Positions 52,947 through 63,839 of a DNA stretch of 64,000 bases are shown in pieces. The stretch is from Glaucostegus cemiculus (Eukaryota). The position numbers were made by a program, and so were the translations under genes. The stretch is taken from assembly GCA_976551045.1 (NCBI GenBank), contig CDPCPM010000370.1, forward strand, positions 2,914,001 to 2,978,000, given 5' to 3'. Each line of letters opens with the position of its first letter. Within the stretch, counting starts at the first letter, position 1. The notes beneath the pieces are model-generated. The model searched no databases, was not told where the DNA came from, and saw only the letters and a program-made list of their open reading frames with translations.

Positions 52947-53554
52947 TACAATAAAGGAGAGAATGTGTCAACGTCCCGGGCTTGCGGTCAGCCCACACCG
53001 GGAAAGTAATGCCTCTGGACTCGAGCAGTGGTTTCTGAAATTCTGGGTGGCTACTCCGTTCTCCTGAGCGAGAGCGGCCTCTGGCGAGTCCACTCCGCAA
53101 CTCACAGAATGAATATTATTTCCCAGAGACAGGTTGGGCCCGAAGTTGGTGGTAATGGCCAGGAGAGAGAGGAGGACATTGGTGAGGCAAGAGTCCGAGG
53201 TGATTGGTGGACTGTGGTAGGTGGACTGAGGAAGGGGGAAATATGTAAGATAGTTTCACGTCTCTCTCTTTCTCCATGTCCCTGCGAAATTGCCTATACA
53301 CTCATGTAGTGCCTGAAATTCTGGGTGGCTGCTCCGTTCTCCTGGGCGAGTGCGCCCTCTGGCGTGCACCCTCTGCAACTCTCAGAATGGCCATTATTTC
53401 CCAGCGACAGTTTGTGCAGCGATGTAGGTAATGATAGCCAGTAGAGAGAGGAGTCCGAGGTAATTGGTGAACTGAGGTGCGTGGACTGAGAAAGGGTGAA
53501 ATATGGAAGGTAGATTCACGCCTCTCTCTTTATCCATGTCCTTCATGTTATCCA

Positions 53555-54919
53555 GAATCAAAATGAGAATCAGTTTTATTGTCACAACCATATACATACA
53601 TAGTATGCATAGGAGCGAGATACCGTCCTCCTCAGGTGCTCGTCCCACTAATAACAACCAACAGAGACACACAGACACACTTAACAGAATAAACATTAAA
53701 AAACATTAAACATTAAAAACTACGGAAGTTAAAATTAAATTATTATGCAGATTAAATTAAAAATGGCCGGTAAATAAATAAATAGATTAAAGTGAACGGG
53801 CTGGTGGCGGGCATTTAAAGTGCGGGTGCATTTCTGTGCACCTAGCATCTCTTAGTGTTAACAAAGAAGATGGAGGGATGAGAGAGATTGCAGTTCTGAT
53901 GGCTTGAGGAAAGAAGCTATTGTTCAGCCTGGTCGTTCTTACCCCGATACATTTAAGCCTCCTCCCTGATGGCAAAATTGTAAAGAGGTGGTGGGAGGGG
54001 TGAGAAGGGTCGGCCATTATGCTTTTGGTCTTCCTCACACAACGGTCTTTGTATATGTCTGCGAGGGATGGAAGCGAGACACCTATGATCCTCTCCGCAG
54101 CCCTAACTATCCTCTGGAGGGAATTCCGCCCAGCAGCTGAGCAGCTTCCAAACCAAACAGTGATAGGGTTAGGATGCTCTCAATGGTCCCTCTATAGAAG
54201 GATTTCATGACGGAGGGATGGGGGTTCGCTTTCCTCAGTCTCCGCAGGAAGTAGAGGCGTTTCTGAGCTTTCTTCGTGAGGGCCGTAATGTTAGTGGACC
54301 AGGTCGGGTCGTCGGTGATGTGCACCCCCATGAACTTGGTGCTGCGTACTTGTTCCACAGCAGACCCGTTGATGGTCAGCGGGGCGTGCACACGGTGACC
54401 CCTCCTAAAATCCACTATCATCTCCTTGGTTTTATCCACATTCAAGGAGAGGTTGTTGTCATAGCACCACACGGCTAGTTCTTTAACCTCCTCTCTGTAG
54501 GCCGACTCATCGTCACCCGTGACAAGACCCACCACTGTCGTGTCATCGGCAAATTTGACAATGCAGTTGGGGCTGGATCTGGCCTCACAGTCCTGAGTCA
54601 ACAAGGTGAACAGGAGCGGACTGAGCACACAACCCTGTGGGGAGCCAGTGCTCAGTGTGATGGTGCTTGAGGTGTTTTCACCAATTCTGACTGACTGCGG
54701 CCTGCAAGTGAGAAAATCCAGTATCCAGTTGCAGAGAGGAGTGTTAATGCCCAGAGCGCTCAACTTCCTGATAAGCTGTTGCGGGATGATGGTATTGAAA
54801 GCGGAGCTGAAGTCGATGAATAGCAGTCGGCAGTATGAATCCTTCTTCTCTAAGTGATATAGTGCAGAGTGCATGGCAGAGGAGACTGCATCATAGGTGG
54901 ACCTGTGCTTTATCGGTGG
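53555..54919 (-). mobile_element. 5'-truncated, frameshifted Rex1/Babar-type LINE reverse transcriptase
   Basis: [31 protein letters not shown] and [13 protein letters not shown] motifs; short-repeat tail; 5-bp TSD ATCCA (53550-54 and 54920-24); empty site in paralog ~60228. Confidence 0.85.
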
Positions 54920-55289
54920 ATCCACTCTTGTGCTTTATCTTTTCGTGTGTTACATTTCCGAATGATTTCTCGAAATGCAGAGACACCGTGAGATCGGGTT
55001 CCCTTGATTCTCAATGTTACATCCTCAAGGAACTCCAGCAACAGGGACCGAGGTAATCCAGGTGTCCCGGAAATGCATTGCGCATATTGCTCACTGTCGG
55101 GGCCGTGCCAACAACAGTTCGTCAAGCTTAGGCGACGTTTGTTGCTGAGATTCGACCTCATAAATGGACATCGTGACCCTCGCTGACCAGTGAGTACGTC
55201 CCTGACGGAATCCCGACCAACATCACCCCAAAGTCAGGGCCCGTTGCGCCGGATATTGAAAAGATCCTTCACCTCGGTGCCACAGTGTG

Positions 55290-55659
55290 GTGTCCATGCC
55301 ACAGAGATGCACGGTGCAGCCCGACATAAGAACCCAAGAGTTATGCTCTCTCCTCTCTTGCTATCGTTATGCAAACCAGCCGTAAACTCTACTGCACATT
55401 TTGGAATAAGTTCCATCTTTCTTGACTTCTCAAGTATTTTTGGAGACTCTTTACGATGCTGAATTTATCAGAGATTATAGGCACTGTCTATTAAGTAAAT
55501 ACAGTTCCGTTTTATGATCTGTCCTTTCTCGATCGTTAATGCAGGAGCGCCCTGCAATAAACTACAGAATGTATGAACAGTCCCGGCTGGCAATGAATCC
55601 ACGAGACACACACGGGCCGTTTTCACACAAACTCGCTGGGCAGCACAAAGGGAACACAT
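55290..55659 (-). pseudogene. V pseudogene, subtype D
   Basis: PKCAVEFTAGLHNDSKRG, frameshifts. Confidence 0.67.
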
Positions 55660-56446
55660 GGTGACTGGCTTCAGAATTGATCGAAAGCCAGAGTGTTTTC
55701 AATAAGTTAATACCTCTGGGCCGCTATTGGAGAAAGAGATGTCATCAGTTTCACATTTCTATTTGTGTAAGTCTGGTGGCGTTATCCTGCCATGGGATTT
55801 GTTGGTAAATCAGGGCTGTCACTATTGGTGCACCAGTATAGTGGGGTCTGGTGTAAATCATCTCACTGTCTGTTTACATTCCCGTTATATTCCGCTCTCT
55901 CTTACACACACGCGCGAGGACTTGACACTTTCCTGACCTCTTTTTCCATCCGCCTCTCTCCTTACCGCTGATACTCGCCCCCTACCCCGAATTCTCTCAC
56001 TCCCTTTCTCTTCCTCTCTCTGCCCTTCAATCTCTCTATTCTTTATTTTGAAGTAGCCTCTATTGTGACTTCATAGAATGGTTTACATTCCGAACGTAAT
56101 TGTGTCTCTAGATTTCAATTCACCTTCACTTCTACATGTTCAAGGAACACTAGCAGACTGGTGAAAGACGATTTTCAGCAACTTTCACAACGTCACCTCG
56201 CCTGGGAAAAGGACTTCGAGATGTTCCATAGTTCCCAGATGCGAGTACGAGTTGAAGACAGGCATAATTCCACATGCTGTGACTTGTTTTGGTGCTAATG
56301 TTACCCTCTTTAATACACACCGTGATCATCACTGTTTCCTGGGTGAATCTTCAGTATCTCTGGCATAAAGCGCCCTCTGGTGAGCGCTCATTGTCACACC
56401 CCGAGCAAGTTTTTGTCGGGACCCGACATCTGCCTGCAACAGTGTG

Positions 56447-56890
56447 GGGTTCATGGCACACAGGTACACAGCGGAGTCCGAAATAAGAGCCCCGGAGATA
56501 TTGAAATGAGCTCTCTTGTTGCCTTTCTCTAAATCCGCGGTAAACCTCTTGGGACATTCTGGAGGCCGATGCATCTCTCCTGAGCTATACACCTTCAGCA
56601 AGTATTTTGGAGATTCCGTGCCATGTTGAAAGCACAAAAAAATATATGCATTTGCTGTGCTGAAACTACAGTCCAGTATTATGGTCTGTCCTTCCTCAAC
56701 CGTTAATTCTGGCGGCTCCTGCGTCACGGAATCCTGCCCATTCGTTGCTGCAATAAATGACAAAGTGAATGAATGGCCCGAGCTTACATTGGTCCGATGA
56801 GACGCAGACTGGCGGTGTTGTCAGAGACTCACCGGGCAGCACGGACAATACAATCAGTAAGGAACAGAGGCAACGCGTGGTGTCTGACAT
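56447..56890 (-). CDS. TRAV: TCR V segment, subtype B, open but lacking the conserved Trp (IFLCFQH)
   Basis: Leader MSDTTRCLCSLLIVLSVLP; RSS 56446-56408; CTCF-like motif 56370-56383. Confidence 0.68.
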
Positions 56891-57724
56891 CAGGCTCGGT
56901 CGAAAGGCAGATTACTTTCAAGAAATTAAAGCTACTTGACAGATCTTGGAGAATGAGGTCAGATCAGCTGCACCCTTCATTTTGTGCAAGGCAGGGAGCG
57001 CGACCCTGATAAATGATTGGCTGTTAGACGACTGAAGCTACCACGGCACCAATCAGAATGGGCTCTGCCATAGTGACGCTCTCTGGTTGGTTCTATTTCT
57101 NNNNNNNNNNNNNNNNNNNNNNNNNNNNNNNNNNNNNNNNNNNNNNNNNNNNNNNNNNNNNNNNNNNNNNNNNNNNNNNNNNNNNNNNNNNNNNNNNNNN
57201 NNNNNNNNNNNNNNNNNNNNNNNNNNNNNNNNNNNNNNNNNNNNNNNNNNNNNNNNNNNNNNNNNNNNNNNNNNNNNCACACTCTCAATTGTTTTTCTCT
57301 CTTCCCTCCTCTCTCCTCTGTGCCTTCCTCTTTTTCTCTCCTCTCCTCTCCTCCGATATTCTATCTCTCGGCTGTGATCAGAATGGTCTTCAATTAAATT
57401 CCGTTTTCCTTTCCTGAATATTTCCCTCTCTCGTGCGCGCTGATCCTCTCATCTGCCTCTTTATCTCTCTCTCCTCCTTGTATTCTTATCATTATCTCTG
57501 GATGTCTCCATCCATCCATTCATCTGGCGATCTCGCCAGCACTTCTCACAAATTGCTGGCTGATGCTGTGTATCCCATGGTTAAGGGGACCATATGACTC
57601 TCAATGTTTCCTGACGGTGGCTCTCATGCAGTTCGTCCTGATCAGCGCGCCCACTCATGAGCGCTTTTTGCAACAACCAGGTCCAGGTTTTCGAGCGGAA
57701 CCGAGATCTTCCTCCAACTGTGTG

Positions 57725-57915
57725 CCGTCCACGACACGGAGATACAAGGCAGACACCGACACAAGAGACAAGGTGACGCTTCAATGGGCCTTCTTGCTCT
57801 CTTTCTGCAAAGCTCACGGTGCAGTCTGGAGACATCCTTTCCTTATCTATTCACAGTAAATATTTTGGAGAATGCCCGCGATGCTGTATGTACCAAAAAA
57901 TAACCGCATTCCCTT
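57725..57915 (-). pseudogene. 5'-truncated V fragment, subtype E
   Basis: SPDCTVSFAEREQEG, frameshift. Confidence 0.62.
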
Positions 57916-58161
57916 AAATTCAAAAATGATTCCTCAAGCTTGGGCGACTTTCTACAATGGAGCACGTGACCCTCGCTGATTTATGTGTGTGTGCGTGTGT
58001 GTGTGTGTGTGTCTGTGTGTGTGTCTGTGTGTCTGTGTGTCTGTGTGTGTGTTTGTGTGTCCCTTTTGGTTTCCTATCAAAGCGCGCCCTCTAGTGAATG
58101 CTCTTTGCAATAACCTCGGCCCAGTTTTTGTCCGGATCCTCCATCCCCCCGCCACAGTGTG

Positions 58162-58593
58162 GGCTCCATGGCACAGAGGTACACGGCGGAGTCCGATACA
58201 AGAGACCCGGTGATGTTTAAATGAACCATCTTCGTGTCTTTCTGCAGATCAGCGCTAAACCTTGACGGGCATTCTGAAGAACATTCCATCTTTCCTGTGC
58301 TTAAGAGCTTCAGCAAGTATTGCGGACCTCCCCCTCGATGCTGCATGTACCAAAAAATATGTTGATTGGCTATTGAGTAACTACAGTGCAGTATTATCGT
58401 CTGTCCTTCCTCAACCGTTAATTCAGGAGGGTCCTGGGTCACTGAATCTTTCCCACTAGTTCCTGCAATAAAAGACAGAATGTATGAACAGCCCATCATT
58501 GCATCCAACCCACGGGACACACACCGGCCGTTTTCACAGAGACTCACCGGGTAGCACGGCCAATATAATCAGTAAGGAACAGAGGGAACTCAT
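58162..58593 (-). CDS. TRAV: TCR V segment, subtype A (MECSSECP group), open
   Basis: Exon 2 from 58462 ...DSAVYLCAMEP; RSS 58161-58123; CTCF-like motif 58084-58097. Confidence 0.87.
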
Positions 58594-59583
58594 GTTGTCT
58601 GGCTTCAGGCTCGATCAAATCTTTCAAGGATTGAACACCACTTCTATGCTGTTGGAGAATGAGAACAGATCAGCGGCCCTTTCATTTTGTGTGAGACTGG
58701 GGACGTTGCCCTGCTAAGGGATTGGCTGGTGAATCAGAAATGAGCACCAATCAGAATGGGCTTTCTGTTAGTTCGTCTCTCTGTCCCTTTATATTCCTCC
58801 CTGTTNNNNNNNNNNNNNNNNNNNNNNNNNNNNNNNNNNNNNNNNNNNNNNNNNNNNNNNNNNNNNNNNNNNNNNNNNNNNNNNNNNNNNNNNNNNNNNN
58901 NNNNNNNNNNNNNNNNNNNNNNNNNNNNNNNNNNNNNNNNNNNNNNNNNNNNNNNNNNNNNNNNNNNNCTCGGCACAACTTGCTCACCAACATCTTACGG
59001 TATCACCCGTAAATTCTATTACATTCCGCCTAGGTAATCAGCGGTGTAATTATAGTACCTGTGACAATACCGTTGAATTTTATATTTCGTTTGTAAACCC
59101 GAAAATAACCCATTCGTTCCTGGTCGTTGTTTTCATCTTGTGCGCCAATCACCAATCCATCCCAATAAACTTCCAACGAGTTTTTATCTTGTGCAGAAAC
59201 CTTTGGGGTGACAGGTTATCGAATGCTTCCCAGAAATACAAACACACTGTTTCTCCAATTTGTCTCTGGCCCTTCCTGTTGTATCCTCAGGGAGCGTTAA
59301 CGAGGTGCTGTAAGTTTTTTTTTTATTTCATCTACGTTCTCAACAGCGATATGTAGTTGCAGACAAAATGAAAAGCGGACATCGAGGGGTCTAAGAAATC
59401 CTTTGGAAAATGTGTAACTCCAGGAAAGAGTTGTATTTGGAAAACATTCCTGATTCCTTGCGCACTGAGTCTGGTCATCTTCTGCGGGGCATGGTTAAAG
59501 TGTGCGCCCCTCCAGGTTTCCTGGCAAAAAGCGTCCTCTAATGAATGTGTCTGTCGGATCCACCATCTCCCTGCCACAGTGTG

Positions 59584-59874
59584 GTCTGCATTTCACGGAG
59601 TTACACGGCGGAGCACCACACAATCGCCCAGCAAATGTTTCAATGAGGCCTCCTCCTGACGTCCTGCCAAGCAGCGGACAACACAGCTAGGGAGCCAGTC
59701 CAACTTCCATGAGCTGTTTATTCTCATCAAACATGTTGGAAATTATCCACGATGTTGAATGTAGCAGAAAAATGTCTCCACTAGCGCTCGTGCCACTGCT
59801 GTTCAGTATGATGGTCTGTCCTTCCTTACCCGTCAATACAGAAGGCTGCTGGGTCACTGGTTCACTACCGACCC
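59584..59874 (-). pseudogene. Leaderless V pseudogene, subtype C
   Basis: VTQQPSVLTGKEGQTIILNSS, frameshifts. Confidence 0.68.
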
Positions 59875-60593
59875 TACAATAAAGGACAGAATGTGTCAAC
59901 ATCCCGGGCTTGCGGTCAGCCCATACTGGGAAAGTAATGCCTCTGCACTCCTGCGGTGGTTTCTGAAATTCTCGGTGGCTGCTCCGTTCTCCTAAGCGAC
60001 AGCGACCTCTGGTGAGTCCACTCTGCAACTCATAGAATGGATATTATTTCCCAGCTGCAGGTTGGGCTCCATATTGGTAGTAATAGACAGGAGAGAGAGG
60101 AGGACATTGGTGAGGCAAGAGCCGAGGTGATTGGTGGACTGCGGCGGGGTGGACTGAGAAAGGGTTAAATATTTAAATGTGAAATATATAGATTCAAGCC
60201 TCTCACTTTATCCATGTCCCTTAAGTTATCCACTCTTGTACATTATCCTTTTGGTTGTTACGTTTCCGAATGATTTCTCGAATTGCAGGGACACCATATC
60301 TCCGGGTTCCCCTTGATACTCAATGTTACATTCTCAAGGAAGTCTAACAAGAAGTGCACGAGGTACTCGAGGTGTCCGGAAATACTTTGTCAAGTGTTTA
60401 TTGCTCACTGTCGGGGCTGTGTCGTCAAGCTTGGGCGACTTTTGTTGTTGAGAGTCGACCTCATAAATTGGCGAAGTGACCCTCACTGACAGGTGAGTGC
60501 GACCCTGGTGGGATCCCCCGCCAACATCGCCCCAGAGACAGCGCACATTGCGCCATTTACTGCAAAGATCCTTCCACTCAGTGCAACAGTGTG

Positions 60594-60963
60594 GTATCGG
60601 TGCCACAGAAATGTACGGCGCTGTCCGACACAAGAACCCAGGAGATATGCTGCCTACTCTCTTGCTGTCGTTACGCAAAACAGCGGTAAACTCCACTGCA
60701 CATTCTGGAGTCTGTTCCATCATTCCTGATTTCTCAAGCATTTTTGGAGATCGTTTACAATGCTTAAATTATCAAAACAATACATTCGCCATCTACTGAG
60801 TAACTACCCTTCAGTTTTACGATGTATCCTTTCTCGACCGTTAATGTAAGAGGGTCTTGCAAATAACAACAGAATGTATGAACAGCCCTGCCGGGCAATG
60901 AACCCACGGGACACACACGGCCGTTTTCACGCAGACTCGCCGGGCAGCACAGAGGGAACACAT
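60594..60963 (-). pseudogene. V pseudogene, subtype D
   Basis: MEQTPECAVEFTAVL, frameshifts. Confidence 0.67.
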
Positions 60964-61751
60964 GCCTGACTGTCTTCAGAATTGATCGAAAGCCAGAGTG
61001 CCTTCAATGTTCACACCTCTTGAGCGCCGATGGAGCATGAGATCTCATCAGTGACACTTTTCACCTTGTGTAAGGATGGAGGCGTTGTCCTGCCAGGGGA
61101 TTGGCTGGTAAATCAGGACTGACCCTATTGGGTGCATCAGTATAGAGGAGTCTGGTGCGATTCATCTCAGTGCCTGTCTGAATTCTCTTCATACTCCGTT
61201 GTCTCTCTCTCACACGCCCACGCACATGACCCTTTCTCTCCGTCTCTTTCCATTTGACGCTCTCTGTCCCTCTTCTTCTCGCCCCGTACCCCACCTCTCA
61301 CTCCCTCTCTTTCTCTCCCAATGCCCTACAATCTCTCTATTCTTCCTTTTGAAGTAACCTCTATTCTGACGTCTCATCGAATGGTTTACATTTATGAAGT
61401 AATTGCATCTCTAGTGTTCGCTTCACCCTCACAGCTACATGTTCAAGAGACTCTAGCAGACTGGTGAAAGATGTTTTCCAGCAACGTTTGACAACGGCAT
61501 GTTGTCTGGGAAAAGAACTTCCAAATGTCCCCGGAGTTCCCAGATGCAGGTACGAGTTGAAGACAAGGATAATTCCACATGCTGCGACGGGTTTTGGTGC
61601 TAATGTTACCCCCTTAAATGCACACCGTGATCCTAACTGTTTCCTGGGTGAACTTTAAGCGTCCCTGGCGAAAGGCGCCCTCTAGTGAGCGTTCATTGTC
61701 ACACCCAGAGCAAGTTTTTGTCCGGACCCGCCATCTGCCTACAACAGTGTG

Positions 61752-62195
61752 GGGTTCATGGCACAGAGGTACACAGCGGAGTCCGAAACAAGAGCCCCGG
61801 AGATACTGAAATGAGATCTCTTGTTGCCTTTGTCTAAATCCGCGGTAAACCTCTTGGGACATTCTGGAGGCCGATTCATCTGTCCTGAGCTATACACCTT
61901 CAGCAAGTATTTTGGAGATTCCATACCACGTTGAGAGTACCAAAAAATATCTGCAACAGCTATGCTGAAACTACAGTCGAGTATTATGGTCTGTCCTTCC
62001 TCAGTACTTAATTCTGGATGCTCCTGCGTCACGGAATCTTGTCCATTCGTTCCTGCAATAAATAACAATCTGAATAAATAGCCCGAGTTTACATTGGACC
62101 GATGAGATGCACACTGGCTGTCTTATCAGAGACTCACCGGGCAGCACGGCCAATACAAAAAGTAAGCCACAGAGGCAACGCCTAGGGTCTGACAT
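61752..62195 (-). CDS. TRAV: TCR V segment, subtype B, open
   Basis: Leader MSDPRRCLCGLLFVLAVLPG, exon 2 from 62052 ...DSAVYLCAMNP; RSS 61751-61713; CTCF-like motif 61675-61688. Confidence 0.86.
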
Positions 62196-63018
62196 CAGGC
62201 TCGGTCGAAAGACGGATTACACCCAAGATATTAAAACTACTTGACAGATATTGGAGAATGAGGTCAGACCAATGGCACTCTTCATTTTGTACAAGTCTGT
62301 GGGCGTGATCCTGCTAAATGATTGGCTGGTAGATGACTGAAGCTACCACGGCTCAAATCAGAATGGGCTCTGCCCAAGTGACGCTCTCTGGTTGTTTCAC
62401 TTTNNNNNNNNNNNNNNNNNNNNNNNNNNNNNNNNNNNNNNNNNNNNNNNNNNNNNNNNNNNNNNNNNNNNNNNNNNNNNNNNNNNNNNNNNNNNNNNNN
62501 NNNNNNNNNNNNNNNNNNNNNNNNNNNNNNNNNNNNNNNNNNNNNNNNNNNNNNNNNNNGTTGGCACTCTCAATGTTTTTTTCTCTCTTTCTCTTCGCTC
62601 CTCTCTCCTCTGTGCCTTTCTCTTTATCTTCTAGTCTCTCTCGACGATATTCTTTTTCTCGACTGTCATCAGAATGGACTTCATTTAAATTCCGTTTTCC
62701 TTTCCTTTATATTTCCCACTCTCGCGCGCGCTCCATTATCCTCTCATCTGCCTCTTTATCTCTCTCTCCTCCTTACATTCTTATCTTTTTCTCTGGATGT
62801 TTCCATCCATCAATTCATCTGGCGAGCTCGCCAGCACCTGTCACAAATTGTTGGCTGATGCTGTGTCCCCCGGCTAAGAGGACCATATGACGCTCGGTGT
62901 TTCCTGACTGTGGATCTCTTACAGATTGTCCTGCTCAGCGCCCTCACTCATGAACTCTCATTGCAACAACCAGGTCCAGGTTTTTGACCGGAACCGAGAT
63001 CCTGCTCCAACTGTGTGC

Positions 63019-63215
63019 GGTCCATTGCACAGAGATACAAAGCAACGACCGACACAAAAGCCAGGGTGACGCTTAAATGGGCCACTTTATGCAAAGCTCA
63101 CGGGGTATTCTGGATACTGATCCATCCTTTCGTTATGTATGCACAGCAAGGATTTTGGAGATTGCCCGCGATGCTGTATATGCAATAAAATACAAGGGTA
63201 TTCCCTGACCCTAAA
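63019..63215 (-). pseudogene. 5'-truncated V fragment, subtype E
   Basis: Homologous to the other E copies. Confidence 0.6.
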
Positions 63216-63408
63216 TTCGAGATTGGTTCCTCAAGATTCGGCGACATTATTTCTGCGTGTGGCACTCTAAATTTCAAGACGTGACCCTCGCTGATTTCTG
63301 TCTGCGTCCCTTGTGGTTTCCCCACTAAGCGCGCCCTCAAGTGAGCGCTCTTTGCCAATAACCAGGGGCCGGAGTTCCTCCGGATCCTTTACTCCCTGCC
63401 ACAGTGTG

Positions 63409-63839
63409 GGCTCCATGCCTCAGACGTACACGGCGGAGTCCGATACAACAGCCTCGGAAACAATTAAGTGAGCCATACTCATGTATTTCTGCAAAGAGGC
63501 GGTAAATCTCTTCTGGTATGCTGGAGAATGTTCCATCTTTCCTGTGCTATATAGCTTTAGCAAGTATTGTGGACCTCCCCATGTCTGTTGTATGCACCAG
63601 ACGATCGCATTATCATAAACCGAGTATCTACAGTTCAGAATTATGGTTTGTCCTTCATCAGCCGTTAATTCAGGAGGGTCCTGTGTCACTGAATCTCTCC
63701 CACTCATTCCTGCAATAAAAGACAGAGTGCATGAACAGACCGGCCTTGCATCCAACCTACGGTCACACACCGGCCGTTTTCGCAGAGACTCACCGGGCAG
63801 TACGGTCAATATGATCAATAACGGACAGAGGGAACACAT
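63409..63839 (-). pseudogene. V pseudogene, subtype A
   Basis: Second Cys replaced by TGA (DSAVYV*); nonamer degenerate. Confidence 0.8.

Larger units (their letters stand above)
681..63839 (-). other. TRAV: T-cell receptor alpha/delta-like V gene segment array (V region of an antigen-receptor locus)
   Basis: Repeated leader exon (MCSLCSLLIILAVLP-G|GTGAGT), ~85-bp intron (TTTATTGCAG|), V exon DSVTQ..C..WY.Q..P.YLL..RF..L.IS..SDSAVYLCA..P, then CAC heptamer-23 bp-ACAAAAACC/T. The DSVTQ start, CAxxP end and 23-RSS fit TRAV/TRDV; alpha versus delta cannot be resolved. Confidence 0.88.

Noticed and set aside
4184-59874. Leaderless C-type V segments as NAR-TCR supporting V-delta genes
   Set aside because: I saw no upstream VNAR-like V, D or J segments and no 12-RSS. 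All C copies are frameshifted, and the leader loss looks like a deletion into the F relic.
7215-62559. N runs (7215-7360, 34935-35068, 57101-57277, 58806-58968, 62404-62559) as large gaps hiding genes
   Set aside because: They fall where paralogous cassettes have CT/CA microsatellites and the flanks stay collinear, so they are likely masked or unresolved simple repeats.
1353-62890. Many His/Thr/Leu/Ser-rich or Arg/Glu-rich ORFs, and plus-strand ORFs overlapping V genes
   Set aside because: They are translations of CA/CT microsatellites or antisense shadows of V exons; their recurrence reflects tandem duplication.
759-63839. Ig heavy or light V identity, or a cluster-type (V-D-J-C)n Ig locus
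   Set aside because: The framework motifs (DSVTQ, WY.QH, CAxxP) are TRAV/TRDV-like, no octamer was seen, and no D, J or C exons lie within the repeats.
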